This document shows, in pieces, positions 51,784 through 61,700 of a stretch of DNA of 64,000 nt (position 1 is the stretch's first letter; each line of letters begins with the position of its first letter). The notes below the pieces were generated by a model that ran no database searches, had not been told where the DNA came from, and saw only the letters and a list, made by a program, of their open reading frames with translations. Location of the stretch: IMG/VR virus record IMGVR_UViG_3300012943_000029, positions 92,922 through 156,921 of that record, one strand, 5' to 3'. The translations under genes and the position numbers were made by a program. The DNA comes from a virus.

Positions 51784-52062
51784 GTGAACCTCGAAGCGCA
51801 CCTGACAACGTACCTGCATACCAGCGCGGTGTTCTCCCCCACCCAGCACATTCGCCGGGCAATACAGGACGCTCACTACGACCATGACACCCTTATTCGC
51901 TGGCTGCTAGAGCAGATCAGGGATAGGTACGACCAAGGTGAAACTATCCGCAACAGGCTTGCCAAGCTGGCAGGCGCCCTTCACCGCGAGCTACCTGGCA
52001 CCGGCCCAACCAAGGAAGAGCTGACAGCAATACTGAAGTGCCTCCGCTCACAGCACGCCTAA
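51784..52062 (+). CDS. GPT-type domain family member lacking a clear leader
   Basis: LIRWLL.QI...RL..LA..L...GPTKEEL.AI.K.L matches repeats in the 647-aa protein. Confidence 0.7.
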   Translation: MNLEAHLTTYLHTSAVFSPTQHIRRAIQDAHYDHDTLIRWLLEQIRDRYDQGETIRNRLAKLAGALHRELPGTGPTKEELTAILKCLRSQHA

Positions 52063-52070
52063 ATAGGTGC

Positions 52071-52427
52071 ATGAAACTAGCCGACCTTCATGAAAGCACT
52101 ACCTCAAGATGGGAACCTGTCGTCAGGGAACTTACCGATCCTCGGCACCCTGTTGGGCTGAACCTAGACCAGCTTATCTACGCTGTTCGCCAGTGGCGTA
52201 AAGAAAAAGACTACGATGCAACCAAAGCCAAGCCGATGGTTCATGGGTTTGTTCTGCGCTGGCTGAGGTCGCTACTTGAAAGATTTGAGAACACGCAGAT
52301 ACATTACCATCTTGCCCACACCCTTGAATACCTGAAGGGTTGGTTGAATGAGCTCAACCTTGATGAAGCTGAAGTGAACCTGATGGTGCGCTACATAGAC
52401 AAGCTGCTCGCCTACAGAGAATACTAA
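52071..52427 (+). CDS. Putative internal head protein (family member)
   Basis: MKLADLHE leader; LIYAVRQWRK.KDY resembles domain 2 of the polyprotein (LLYAINAWRKRPDF); TAAATA at 52060-52065. Confidence 0.7.
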   Translation: MKLADLHESTTSRWEPVVRELTDPRHPVGLNLDQLIYAVRQWRKEKDYDATKAKPMVHGFVLRWLRSLLERFENTQIHYHLAHTLEYLKGWLNELNLDEAEVNLMVRYIDKLLAYREY

Positions 52428-52439
52428 AAGGATCAGCAG

Positions 52440-53270
52440 ATGAAGGTTCACCAGCTCCTAGAAACACATGCTAACATCCTGAGTTGGCTGGACCAACCGG
52501 TCAGGCGTAACCTAGGCATCTTCGGCTTCGCTGACCATGCAAAGCGTATCTATGATGGTGATATGGGTAGCGAGATAGCCAGTAACCTGACCATCCCTGA
52601 GGTGAGGACCGCCCTCATCAAGTTCACCGTTGCTTGGATGAAACAGTTCATTCAGCAGGCAGATGACGCCAAGAGGGGCAGTGACGCTCAGGCTATAGCA
52701 GATCCGGTCTACGCCACGATTAACAACGACAAGGTCGGTAAAATGATGATCGCCTTCCAGTGGCGAGAGAATAGAAAGAACATGCTCAAGCTCATTGCTT
52801 GGTTGCGTGATCACGGTGTAGATGATCCTGCATTTGACAGGGTAGCAGCCTTCACCAAGAAGTACTCAGTGCTTGAGGCTGCCAGTGCAGATCTACTAGC
52901 ACAGGTAGAGAAGGTGGTGGATCACGTCGTAGAGAACCCAGAGCATCGCGTCCTTGGCAGCAGTGGTCTTAATGTCTTCCCATGGCACGCCTATGGTGGG
53001 ATACCGAACCCTTCTGATCATGCACTCAAGAGCATCCTGATTGCGAACAAAGATCAACTCGCAGCCAACAGGTCAAAGCTTGAAGCACCAATCATGCGCT
53101 TCACTCTAGCCTGGCTGAAACACTACCTGACCCATGCTCCGATTATCCAGTACGGTACTGGCACCATCCGTCGATGGATAGAATTCCTACGCTCTAATGA
53201 TTTGGACTTCAGTGGGTTGCAGCATGTAGAGAAGAGCCTGCCACCAGAAGAGCCGCAAGAAGAAGAGTAG
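52440..53270 (+). CDS. Two-domain putative internal-head polyprotein
   Basis: MKVHQLLE leader; LIKFTVAWMK and IMRFTLAWLK domains separated by V-L-E; ends L.HVEKSL. Confidence 0.72.
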   Translation: MKVHQLLETHANILSWLDQPVRRNLGIFGFADHAKRIYDGDMGSEIASNLTIPEVRTALIKFTVAWMKQFIQQADDAKRGSDAQAIADPVYATINNDKVGKMMIAFQWRENRKNMLKLIAWLRDHGVDDPAFDRVAAFTKKYSVLEAASADLLAQVEKVVDHVVENPEHRVLGSSGLNVFPWHAYGGIPNPSDHALKSILIANKDQLAANRSKLEAPIMRFTLAWLKHYLTHAPIIQYGTGTIRRWIEFLRSNDLDFSGLQHVEKSLPPEEPQEEE

Positions 53271-53309
53271 CAGCCTTCTGACAGGACCAAAGTAAGACCC
53301 CAAGAAGAC

Positions 53310-53929
53310 CCCTATGGCGGGTGCAGGCCAGGGTAGCCCTCCGGAGGCCCTATAAGGCCTTTTTCCTTTCCCTGCAGCACCCCGGTGCATACCGGGCAGC
53401 ACCAGAGCGCCTGCATACACCCATACACTACCCGGCCAGCTCGGGAGGCACCCACCCTGCGCTTATTCTACTAGATGGAAGAACTTTGCGCAGCAGGCGC
53501 ACCTCTCCCTCGAAACGGTTGCACAGTTCCTTACACGCACTACCCATCGGTCGTCTCTCACGCTTCTCCCAGCGACGGCGCGCCTCAGCCCTTGGTGTAG
53601 TGAGCACGCACAGCTCCACCTCCCCTCTCTCGAGGAGGTAGCGCAGCAGCTCTCTGTTGATGGTGCACCCCTCATAGATGATCAGGTCAACCTCGATGGT
53701 TGACAGGCGCCTGATGAGGGTCCTAGTCGGTCTGTGATCGCCTTGAATAGGTAGCACACGCAGGTTGTTGATGGTGTAGGTGCCGCCTTGCTTCCTCAGG
53801 TTCTTGAAGAGGTTGCATATCAGCGTGGTCTTGCCGGCACCTGGATAGCCGGTGATTAGGTACACCTTAGCCATCGAGTATTTACCCTATGGCGGGTGGA
53901 GGGCAGGTGTGGGGTCAGAAGGCCCTATA
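53310..53929 (+). repeat. Bipartite direct repeat flanking the kinase gene
   Basis: CCCTATGGCGGGTG at 53310 and 53885, each followed 35 nt from its start by AGGCCCTATA (53345, 53920). Confidence 0.75.
53428..53874 (-). CDS. Small P-loop kinase
   Basis: YLITGYPGAGKTT, IIYEG, R...R lid; TAAATA 4 nt before ATG. Confidence 0.75.
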   Translation of the reverse strand: MAKVYLITGYPGAGKTTLICNLFKNLRKQGGTYTINNLRVLPIQGDHRPTRTLIRRLSTIEVDLIIYEGCTINRELLRYLLERGEVELCVLTTPRAEARRRWEKRERRPMGSACKELCNRFEGEVRLLRKVLPSSRISAGWVPPELAG

Positions 53930-53945
53930 GGGGCCGTTCACTTTC

Positions 53946-54044
53946 TCAGCGAGGGAGTGTGCAGTCTGATATTGCAGAGATGCTGAGAAGAATGATCGTG
54001 AAGATCACGTTAGTGGCCAGCAGGGTTGTGAGAAGAAAATCCAT
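53946..54044 (-). CDS. 32-aa hydrophobic peptide (MDFLLTTLLATNVIFTIILLSISAISDCTLPR)
   Basis: AGGAG RBS and TAAATA at 54067-54072; below the ORF-track cutoff. Confidence 0.55.
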   Translation of the reverse strand: MDFLLTTLLATNVIFTIILLSISAISDCTLPR

Positions 54045-54144
54045 ATGTGCTCCTATTGTCTAGGAGTATTTACCAGGCACCTGGAGGATACCGGGAATAG
54101 CCGTCACCCGTCATCCACGTTCTTGAATGCTTCTTGAAATATGT

Positions 54145-54525
54145 TCAGCGAGCTGTGATGGACCTGCGGATTACGCTTAGCTCTTCCCACTCTTGAGGGA
54201 GGGTGTCCAACCATTCTTCAAGGTAGAAGGAACCGATGGGTTCGCCAGTGTGGAACCGTCTCAGCCACTGAAGGCTGAAGCGCAGCAGGTAGTCCTTCAC
54301 CCCATCAGTCTCATCGATAGCCTGAAGGGTCTGAACCCATGGGCGCAGGTTGTGGGCAGTGGTGTGGTAGCCACGGTTGGTCAGGTTGTTCTCATGCTCA
54401 CGACAGTAGCTGATCACCCTTGACCAGGTATGGTGCAGCGCCTCAAGCTGAGTGGCACCACGTGGCCATTTCGAGGGGATGGTGTAGATGCGGGGGTCCA
54501 GCGCAGGTTGTGTTCTTGAAACCAT
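54145..54525 (-). CDS. KFTLxW-domain family member lacking the leader
   Basis: LLRFSLQWLR...EEWLDTL..EW.EL..IRRSI; TATAAT 7 nt before ATG. Confidence 0.7.
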   Translation of the reverse strand: MVSRTQPALDPRIYTIPSKWPRGATQLEALHHTWSRVISYCREHENNLTNRGYHTTAHNLRPWVQTLQAIDETDGVKDYLLRFSLQWLRRFHTGEPIGSFYLEEWLDTLPQEWEELSVIRRSITAR

Positions 54526-55245
54526 TTGGGCTATTATACACTGCCCCTAATCTTCCCAGCGAAAGAGGAAGGTAACGCAGATGCGCTGGTACCCCTCATC
54601 AATCAGGGCGGTCCTCCACCCTCTGACGATCAGCACCTTGGTGTCAGGCTTCAACCTGTGCTTCCATCCCCAAGCGAATACCTTTCGAGGGAAAGACCGG
54701 TGCCCTATAGCGCGCCACAGCCACCTCATTCCCCAGGTTCTCCTATAGGGCCGCGAGCTTTCTCCTGCTCTGCTATCAGCGTATTGCATATCTCTACACA
54801 CTCGCAGCATATGAATACGCACGGCCCAGCTACCAGGGTCTTAACTTCAGCATCAGATTTGCCACAGAAGGAACAGTAGAGTGTAGCCATAGTGAGTTAC
54901 CTTTCGAGGGAGAGCATCAGCGGATGTTCATCATGGGTGGTGGGGGTCTAGAGGGCGCGGTCTCGGGGTTCGGCACGCTTAAGGACTGCACCGCCCCCAC
55001 CCCTTTCGAGGGAGAGGGCGAGGTGAGCGATGCCAAGATGGCGTCCACAGTTGGGGAGGGAGGGGACTTCGCCTCGTTTAGCAAGAGGTTGAAAAGTGCG
55101 ACATTCACCCGTCTTATGTAGTTGCCAACAAGCTGTTCATCAGCCCTCCGGTGTGCACCCTTCCTTAACGAAGCGATATGTTCCTCGCTGAACGCGCACT
55201 TTTGAGGCTTTTCCATGGGTCAGCGCCGGGTGGTGTATACACTTC

Positions 55246-55285
55246 TATTTACCCTTCGACCTCTGGCAGGTCGCTGCCCTAAATA
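55246..55285. promoter_or_regulatory. Back-to-back late promoters
   Basis: TAAATA on minus strand (55246-55251) and plus strand (55280-55285). Confidence 0.65.
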
Positions 55286-55308
55286 GGTGGTACCCTGGAG
55301 ATTGTCTA

Positions 55309-55983
55309 ATGAAGGTCAAGCAGCTGCTCGAAGCCGTATCCCTCAGCCCTGAGTTCAAGGCTGACCTGAAGAACCTCAAGCTAACAGGTCAACTGCCCCC
55401 TGAGCGGCTCTTGATCGGTGGTCTGGTGTTCCAGCGTCGCACCCCTCTAACCAAGGACAACTACTCGGCCAACGGCGGGGTCGGCTATGAGTACAACTGC
55501 CTCACCGATGATGAGGTCTACCTGACCATCTACTTCCATCAGACACCAGGCGGTAAGCTCATCCCTATGTCGGCCAATTCTGGTATCTGGCACAGCTCTG
55601 AGGAGTACTCGGTCGACCTGCACCCAGCCGGTACCAAGCACTCAGCTGGCTACCATCTCACCGATGCGAACCTGAAGGGTGACATGACTGAGGACAGGGC
55701 TGTTGAGAAGTTGCTGAAGCAGCTTGAGCACGATGCGGTCATCTCTGATACGTTCAGCATCATGAGGGTACGGCACCTGTTGAAGGCGGCCGGCTATGAC
55801 CCACGGTTGGTGCGGCCCATCATTCACTGGCTGCTCAGGTTGGTGAAGAAGCTCCATACAGAGGAGTATGCAACGATGAGCATGTCAAGGGTAGATGACA
55901 TCGTGCAGACGGCAAAGGAGCTGGGGTACCCGAAGGCGGAGCTGGCTACCATTGAGAAGGCACTTGCCGCCGTGGGGAAGTGA
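55309..55983 (+). CDS. Putative internal head protein, paralog of 46258-47028
   Basis: MKVKQLLE leader; FH..GGKLIPMSA, LHPAGTKHSAG..LT; C-terminal IHWLL...LGYP..EL..IEK.L. Confidence 0.72.
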   Translation: MKVKQLLEAVSLSPEFKADLKNLKLTGQLPPERLLIGGLVFQRRTPLTKDNYSANGGVGYEYNCLTDDEVYLTIYFHQTPGGKLIPMSANSGIWHSSEEYSVDLHPAGTKHSAGYHLTDANLKGDMTEDRAVEKLLKQLEHDAVISDTFSIMRVRHLLKAAGYDPRLVRPIIHWLLRLVKKLHTEEYATMSMSRVDDIVQTAKELGYPKAELATIEKALAAVGK

Positions 55984-56057
55984 GCTTGGTGCGGGAATTT
56001 ACCAGTCTTTGATGACCAGGTTGGGGCGTTAACCCGCTGGGTGGGGGACCCGACTGT

Positions 56058-57757
56058 CTAGATGATCTCGAACTCTTGATCGCTGCAGCCGAACTTGTTA
56101 GGCCAACGGTCCCACGTGACCCAGTACCCTTCCTTTGTTCCATGACCTACGATCGTGCCGAGCTCGCCCTTGACGGCGAAGAGCTTGGACGGTGAGTGGT
56201 CGTCAGGCCCTTCCTCGAGGGTCTTGGTGAACCTGATGCGGGTGCCGGCGGGGTGGGCTACCATTGGGTGGAGGTGATCCTCTTCACGGCGTGGGTTGGG
56301 TAGTGGACGGTGCTCCAGCTCTTGGCGTTCCAGACGCTGTCGTCACCATCAAAGATGGGGCGCTTTGGTGGCTCACGCGCCTCTTGAACAACCTTCCATC
56401 CCTGCGGTCCCTCTTGCAGAGAGACGTGGGACTGAGGGTATTCAGCTTCATACACTTCCTCGGTTCCGTCCATGAGCTGGACGGTGACCTTGGTCTTCAT
56501 GCCCAGTCCTCAATCACCTCGCTCCAGGAATGTGGGGCGTGGTGGGTGGTCTTGCGCTTGTCAATCTCTCGCTTGCTGTCGGGGGACGGGCGCGAGAAGG
56601 TTGTGTAGCTGATGCGAAGGATGCCGCTGTCGTAGTAGGCCAGGTCGTGCTCGATGGTGTCGGTGTCGACGAGGGTGAGCTTGGTGCCGTTGACGAAGTA
56701 GACGAGGTAGGTTCTGTGGGCCATGTTGGGTTCCTAGAGGGTGCCGAAGACGCTGGTCAGGATGGTGCTGTCGCGCTCAGGGTCAGACTTCAGGTTCAGT
56801 GAGGTGGACTCACCGTAGGCGAGCCAGCCACCGCTGCCATCACCGTTGGGGTGGCAGAAGCCGGCCGAGGTAGGGGTCCCAAGACCGTGAGCTACCTCGC
56901 TGTGGTTGAAGTACTCGCCGAACATGATCGGCAGGGTGCGGTTGATGATGACGTACTTGAGCTTCATAGCGGGTAGTGGTCGCTGACGTCGTTGATGGTG
57001 ATGTCGATCGGGACATGCTCGACCTTGATCTTCTCGCAGTGGCGGGTCAGGAAGCCGTCTGGCTCTCCAGTCAGGCCAAGGTGGTCAAGGTCGCTCATCA
57101 CGTGGTGGTAGAGGGACGTGTCAGCCATCTTGGCCGGGTCCTCGTCACCCCATACAAGCGGGTGACGGCGGGCGATCTCGAGCACATCCTCGCGGAGCTG
57201 GGCTAGCTCGCCTTTGCTCGGCTCATAGAGGTTGCCGAACTTGCCACCAAAGTACGTTGAACGACACGCACGACAAAGGTCAACGTAATAGAGGAGCGTG
57301 TGTTGAAGCAGACCCTCGAGAACCTTATCCTCGTGATGGTCGCTGTCGTTCTCCCATGAGTGAACAGTCAGGCGATAACCGGCTGGGATGACGGTCTGCT
57401 TGTTCATGGGTTCTCGGCGCGCTGCATGGCAGCGATCAGTGAGTTGTAGTCGGTGACTGGAATGGTGTACGCTACCCAACCGCTGGTGCGGAGGGCCGTA
57501 AGGTGCTTCTGCGTCTCGCGCACCGGCTCCTCGTAGTACCAGCGGGCCATGTGGCGGTCGCCCTCGTCAGGCTGCCACCACGTTGAGGGGCGGTACCAGC
57601 GGTACGCGGCCTTCCGCTCAGCGTACTCCTGCTCCCTCTTCTTGGCCTCTGCCTCGCAGGCCGCCTTTTGGAACTTCAGCAGGTTTTCCAGCCGTGAGAT
57701 GAACCCAAGGCGGTTGCCGAAGTCGATGGTGATGGTTGGTTTTGTGGTGCCGTACAT
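56058..57757 (-). other. Cluster of small minus-strand hypothetical genes
   Basis: Coupled ORFs 56058-56264, 56258-56500, 56497-56724, 56734-56967, 56964-57407, 57404-57757. Confidence 0.6.
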
Positions 57758-57798
57758 GTGATGATTATAGCCTGAAGGTCAGTGATCAAAAACTTCAA

Positions 57799-58704
57799 TC
57801 AGGGCTGGTGCAGCTTGACCTCACCACGGTCGGCCTTCTCGAAGAAGCGGGCAGCGTACTCGTCATCGTACAGCGTGGCGACGGAGTGGTAGTTCTCCCA
57901 TGCGAACTCCCTGAACCAACCTGACGTGATGGACGTGCAGACCTTCATGAGCGCGATGTTGAAGCTCAGCTCGGGCTCAAGCTTCTTGTCCCTGAACGGT
58001 ACCTGTGAGCGCTCGAGGGCGAGCACGTACGCCTCCTCAAGCACGCCGTAGAGCTGTGCCTCTCGCGGCAGCTCATCAAACTTCTTCTTTGACGACAACA
58101 CCTCCTCACCACCAACCTCGTACAGGCGGTAGGCGGGCACGTCAAGGTGCTTCACCGCCTCGTGGATGGCGTCATGATCGTAGAAGTACTGGATGCCGTC
58201 ATCACTGAAGAAGTCCTTCTTGCTCTGCTTCAGCTTTGGGTGCAGGTACCTGTAGGTCTCCACCTCACGGCGGCTGATGAGGTCCTCAAGGCCGACCGCG
58301 CTGGCACCCGCAGCGCGCAGCGCGCGGATGTCGCTCATCGTCTTGAAGAAGTGCGGTGAGTTCTTGTAGTAGCGGTGCGACAGCTTGAGCGCAAGCAGCA
58401 CGTTCAGGGGTGCCACGGCCACGCTGATGCCGCCATCTCCCACCATGACGCGCTCGTTGGCTGGACCACAGAGGTTGATGAGCTCCTCACCTGTCGAGCC
58501 AGGCCAGGCCACCTCTAGCTCGAGGATGGTGTTGTTCAGCCTGATGGCGCAGTGGTTGTCGTCGATGATGAGCAGCTGCTTGGCGGCGAGGAAGCGCTCA
58601 AGGGCCATGATGGCCTGCGGCGGCACGATGAGGTCGACGTCCGGCGGCTCGCGTCGTAGGTCAAGACCGCCCCGCTTGGCGGCATGGCTGCCGATGAGCA
58701 GCAC
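57799..58704 (-). CDS. Phage nucleotidyltransferase-fold protein
   Basis: LLIGS.A...R...D.D N-terminal Pol-beta-like motif; LK.SH, YDHD.IH, EE.YV.A.ER. Confidence 0.65.
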   Translation of the reverse strand: MLLIGSHAAKRGGLDLRREPPDVDLIVPPQAIMALERFLAAKQLLIIDDNHCAIRLNNTILELEVAWPGSTGEELINLCGPANERVMVGDGGISVAVAPLNVLLALKLSHRYYKNSPHFFKTMSDIRALRAAGASAVGLEDLISRREVETYRYLHPKLKQSKKDFFSDDGIQYFYDHDAIHEAVKHLDVPAYRLYEVGGEEVLSSKKKFDELPREAQLYGVLEEAYVLALERSQVPFRDKKLEPELSFNIALMKVCTSITSGWFREFAWENYHSVATLYDDEYAARFFEKADRGEVKLHQP

Positions 58705-58705
58705 G

Positions 58706-61700
58706 CTACGCTGGCTCGGGCAGCGAGTGGGCCTTGTTGAAGTCGCTCGCCTCTTGGCTCGACCACGCGTCGGTGTACGCCTGTCCTTCGATGAGCCACT
58801 TCATGCGCTGATCGTAGTAGTCGTACTTGTCCTTGTCCTCGAGCGTGCGAGTTATTTCAGGCAGCTCGAGCTCAGGGAAGGCGGCCCAGTGGGTGATGAG
58901 GTCCACGTCGCTGAACACCTGGTACCAGTAGTGGTACTTGGCATGGGGGCGGACGGTGAAGCAGTCAGGGTACCGGTCGTGGACGTAGCCGTCCTTGATC
59001 TTCACCAGCGTGGGGTCGACGGGCTTGAAGATCTCGATGTACTCGCGGACGGTGCGCGTGCCGTCAGGGTAACGGTTGTAGGAGATGGGGATGCCGATGT
59101 CAGCAGCGTTCATTGAGGCGAGCGCGTCGTTCCACAGCTTGTTGCGCGTCTCCTGCGGCGAGCCACGGTAGTCAACGACGTAGTAGATGCGCTGGTTGAC
59201 CAGCGGCAGCTCACAGCCTGGCTTCAGCTCGATCCACTTGATCATCTTTTTATCCTCATCACGTCGGTAGGAAAGCTCTCGATCTTCCACAGCAGCACCA
59301 GCCTGGTTGCGACTGAGAGGGCAAAGGCGAACATGAGCGGCTTGAAGCCGATCAGCAGCACCATGTAGCCGACGGCCGCCGAGTAGGTGAGGTAGGAGAG
59401 CTGGTTGATGCGCTTGTTGGTCTGCCGCCGGGTTGCGAGCAGCTTGGCGATGAACGGGCTGAATGGTGCGCGCGCGAGGGCACCGAGCGCCGAGATGATT
59501 GCCACCTCAAACAGCGAGACAATGATGATGCAGATCGTCAGCACCGCCGGCACCCATGAGACTGGCTGCCACATGTGAAGCAGCAGGCAGATCGGCAGCC
59601 ACAGCGAGATGATGAAGCTCTTCAACAGCGAGGTGAAGGTGGACATTAGTTTGCCTTGCCGCCTTCAGAGCCGCGGCCAGCAAACTTGCCGACAGGCGCG
59701 TTGAGCGTCATGATGATCGGCTTCTCACCAACAGGCATGGGCTCGGCCACCGTCGTGGCGGCGTAGACCATCATGCCCTCTACCTCACGATCGGTGATGT
59801 AGCCAGCCGCGAGCAGCATGCGCAGCAGGTGAGCTGACCGCATGAGAAGGCTGGCGGCGAGCAGCTTGCTGTCGTACTGCGTGGTCAGCTCGTTGAGCTT
59901 CTCATTGAGCTCGTCAAGCGTTTTGTCGACGTGGGCTTCAGACATGGTGAGCTCCTTAGCGGTTGACCTTGACTTTCCAGACCATGAAGAGGAGAACGCC
60001 AAGGCCGACGATCAGCACCCCAGCGGATATCGGCTTGAGGATGGCCTGAGCGGCATGGTTGCCAACGGTCATGAGACCGAGGATGCAGACCACCACGTAG
60101 ATGGCGGCGACGGTGATGAAGGTCTTCAGCATGGTTTCCATTGTTACTCCTCGGCGTAGCAGCGCCAAACGTTCAGGTAGACGGCGCTCTTCGCTCCTTG
60201 AGCCTTGAGCGCGTTGTAGGCAGCGTCAGCGTCCTCGATGGCGTCGTACGACAGCACCTGCGACGTGATCGCGGGCTGCCGCAGGCCATTGTCGCCCTGC
60301 ATGGTGGCCGTGACAATCAACTTGTATTCGTCCATCGTTAACTCCAGAGCTTGCGAATGGTAGGGTAGAGGATGATGAAGTAGACGAGGAAGAGCGCGGA
60401 GTAGATGATTAGCCACACCCACTCACCCTTCTCACTGCGCTTCTTCCATATCGTTCGCAGCATGTACGCTGAGAAGACAAGGAACGCAACGTTGATCAGC
60501 AGCTTCAGCGCCTCATTCATGCTCAGCTTCCTTCGTACTGTTTGTTGAGCATGTCGAGATACGACACGATGGCGTTCTGCTGGCGGCGCAGCAGGTCCAT
60601 CTGCTTCTGGATGATGGCGGTTGGCGGTACCTCGTTGCGATAGAAGTCGAGGTGATAGCGCTCAGCATGGATGGCCCAGGTCTCAGCGATGTGGAGGATG
60701 TGGTCTCGCACTGTCTCGTCACCGTCTTCTGCCTCTGATGGGCAGAAGATCCAGCGGTCTTCGTTGGCGCCACTGCCGCTCTTGTCCCAGATGCGGTAGC
60801 GGATCCAGCCAGTCGGTACCTTCGAGATGGCGTCTTCGGCAAGCTTGAATGAGCGGATGTGGTTTAACGTGACCAGCTTCGTCGAGGCCGGGAACGTGAG
60901 GTCGGGGTGGCGCAGGTCCTTGATGTACTTCATCCACACCTCGCAGCTGCTGCCGCTTGCCTCGATACCGAGGAGGTTGAAGAAGTTCCACTTCTCGGTG
61001 TCTGCTGCAGCCCACTCGATGAAGATGTCCTGCCCGATGAGGGCGACGAGGGACTTACCCTTGTCGCTGTGAGCGGCGAAGATTGGCGACCAGCCGCGAG
61101 GGCGTGATCCTGGTTCCAGTGTAGACTGCATCAGTAGTACCTAACCTCGTGGATGGTGACTTCGCCTGCTGGCGTGATAACGACGCGAGCCTTGTCGAAC
61201 AGCGGCTTCTCCTCGTTCTCGAAGCGACCGTCCATCTCGCGCAGCACGTAGACGTCCTCTTCAAGGGCGGCGGCCAGCTTCTTCAGCTTGTCCTCGCTCT
61301 TCGTGGCGTCGATGTCGCCGTGCCACAGCTTGCCGTGGCCCTTCGTGCAAACGTTGCCGTTGAAGACGACAACGTTGTTTGGAAACCGGCGGGAATAGTC
61401 AGACTTTGACTGGCTGATCATCGCACCAGCATGGCCAAGAATGCCAGCAATGGTCTCGTAGTTGGTATCAACGCCCATAACGCTTTGTCCTCCGTTCATC
61501 TATGCCTTTGATCCACGCGTCGATGCCGAACATCTTGACTGGACGCTCGACCAACTCGATCTCAACAATGGTGGCGCCAACCTTGTCGTACAGCTGACGA
61601 TCGCCGTGTGAGAGGGCGCTGATGTGGTTTGACAGCGCCGATGACGTTGAGAAGTTTCGCGGAACTCGACCGCCAAACTTACCTGGGCCCCACGAGGTCT

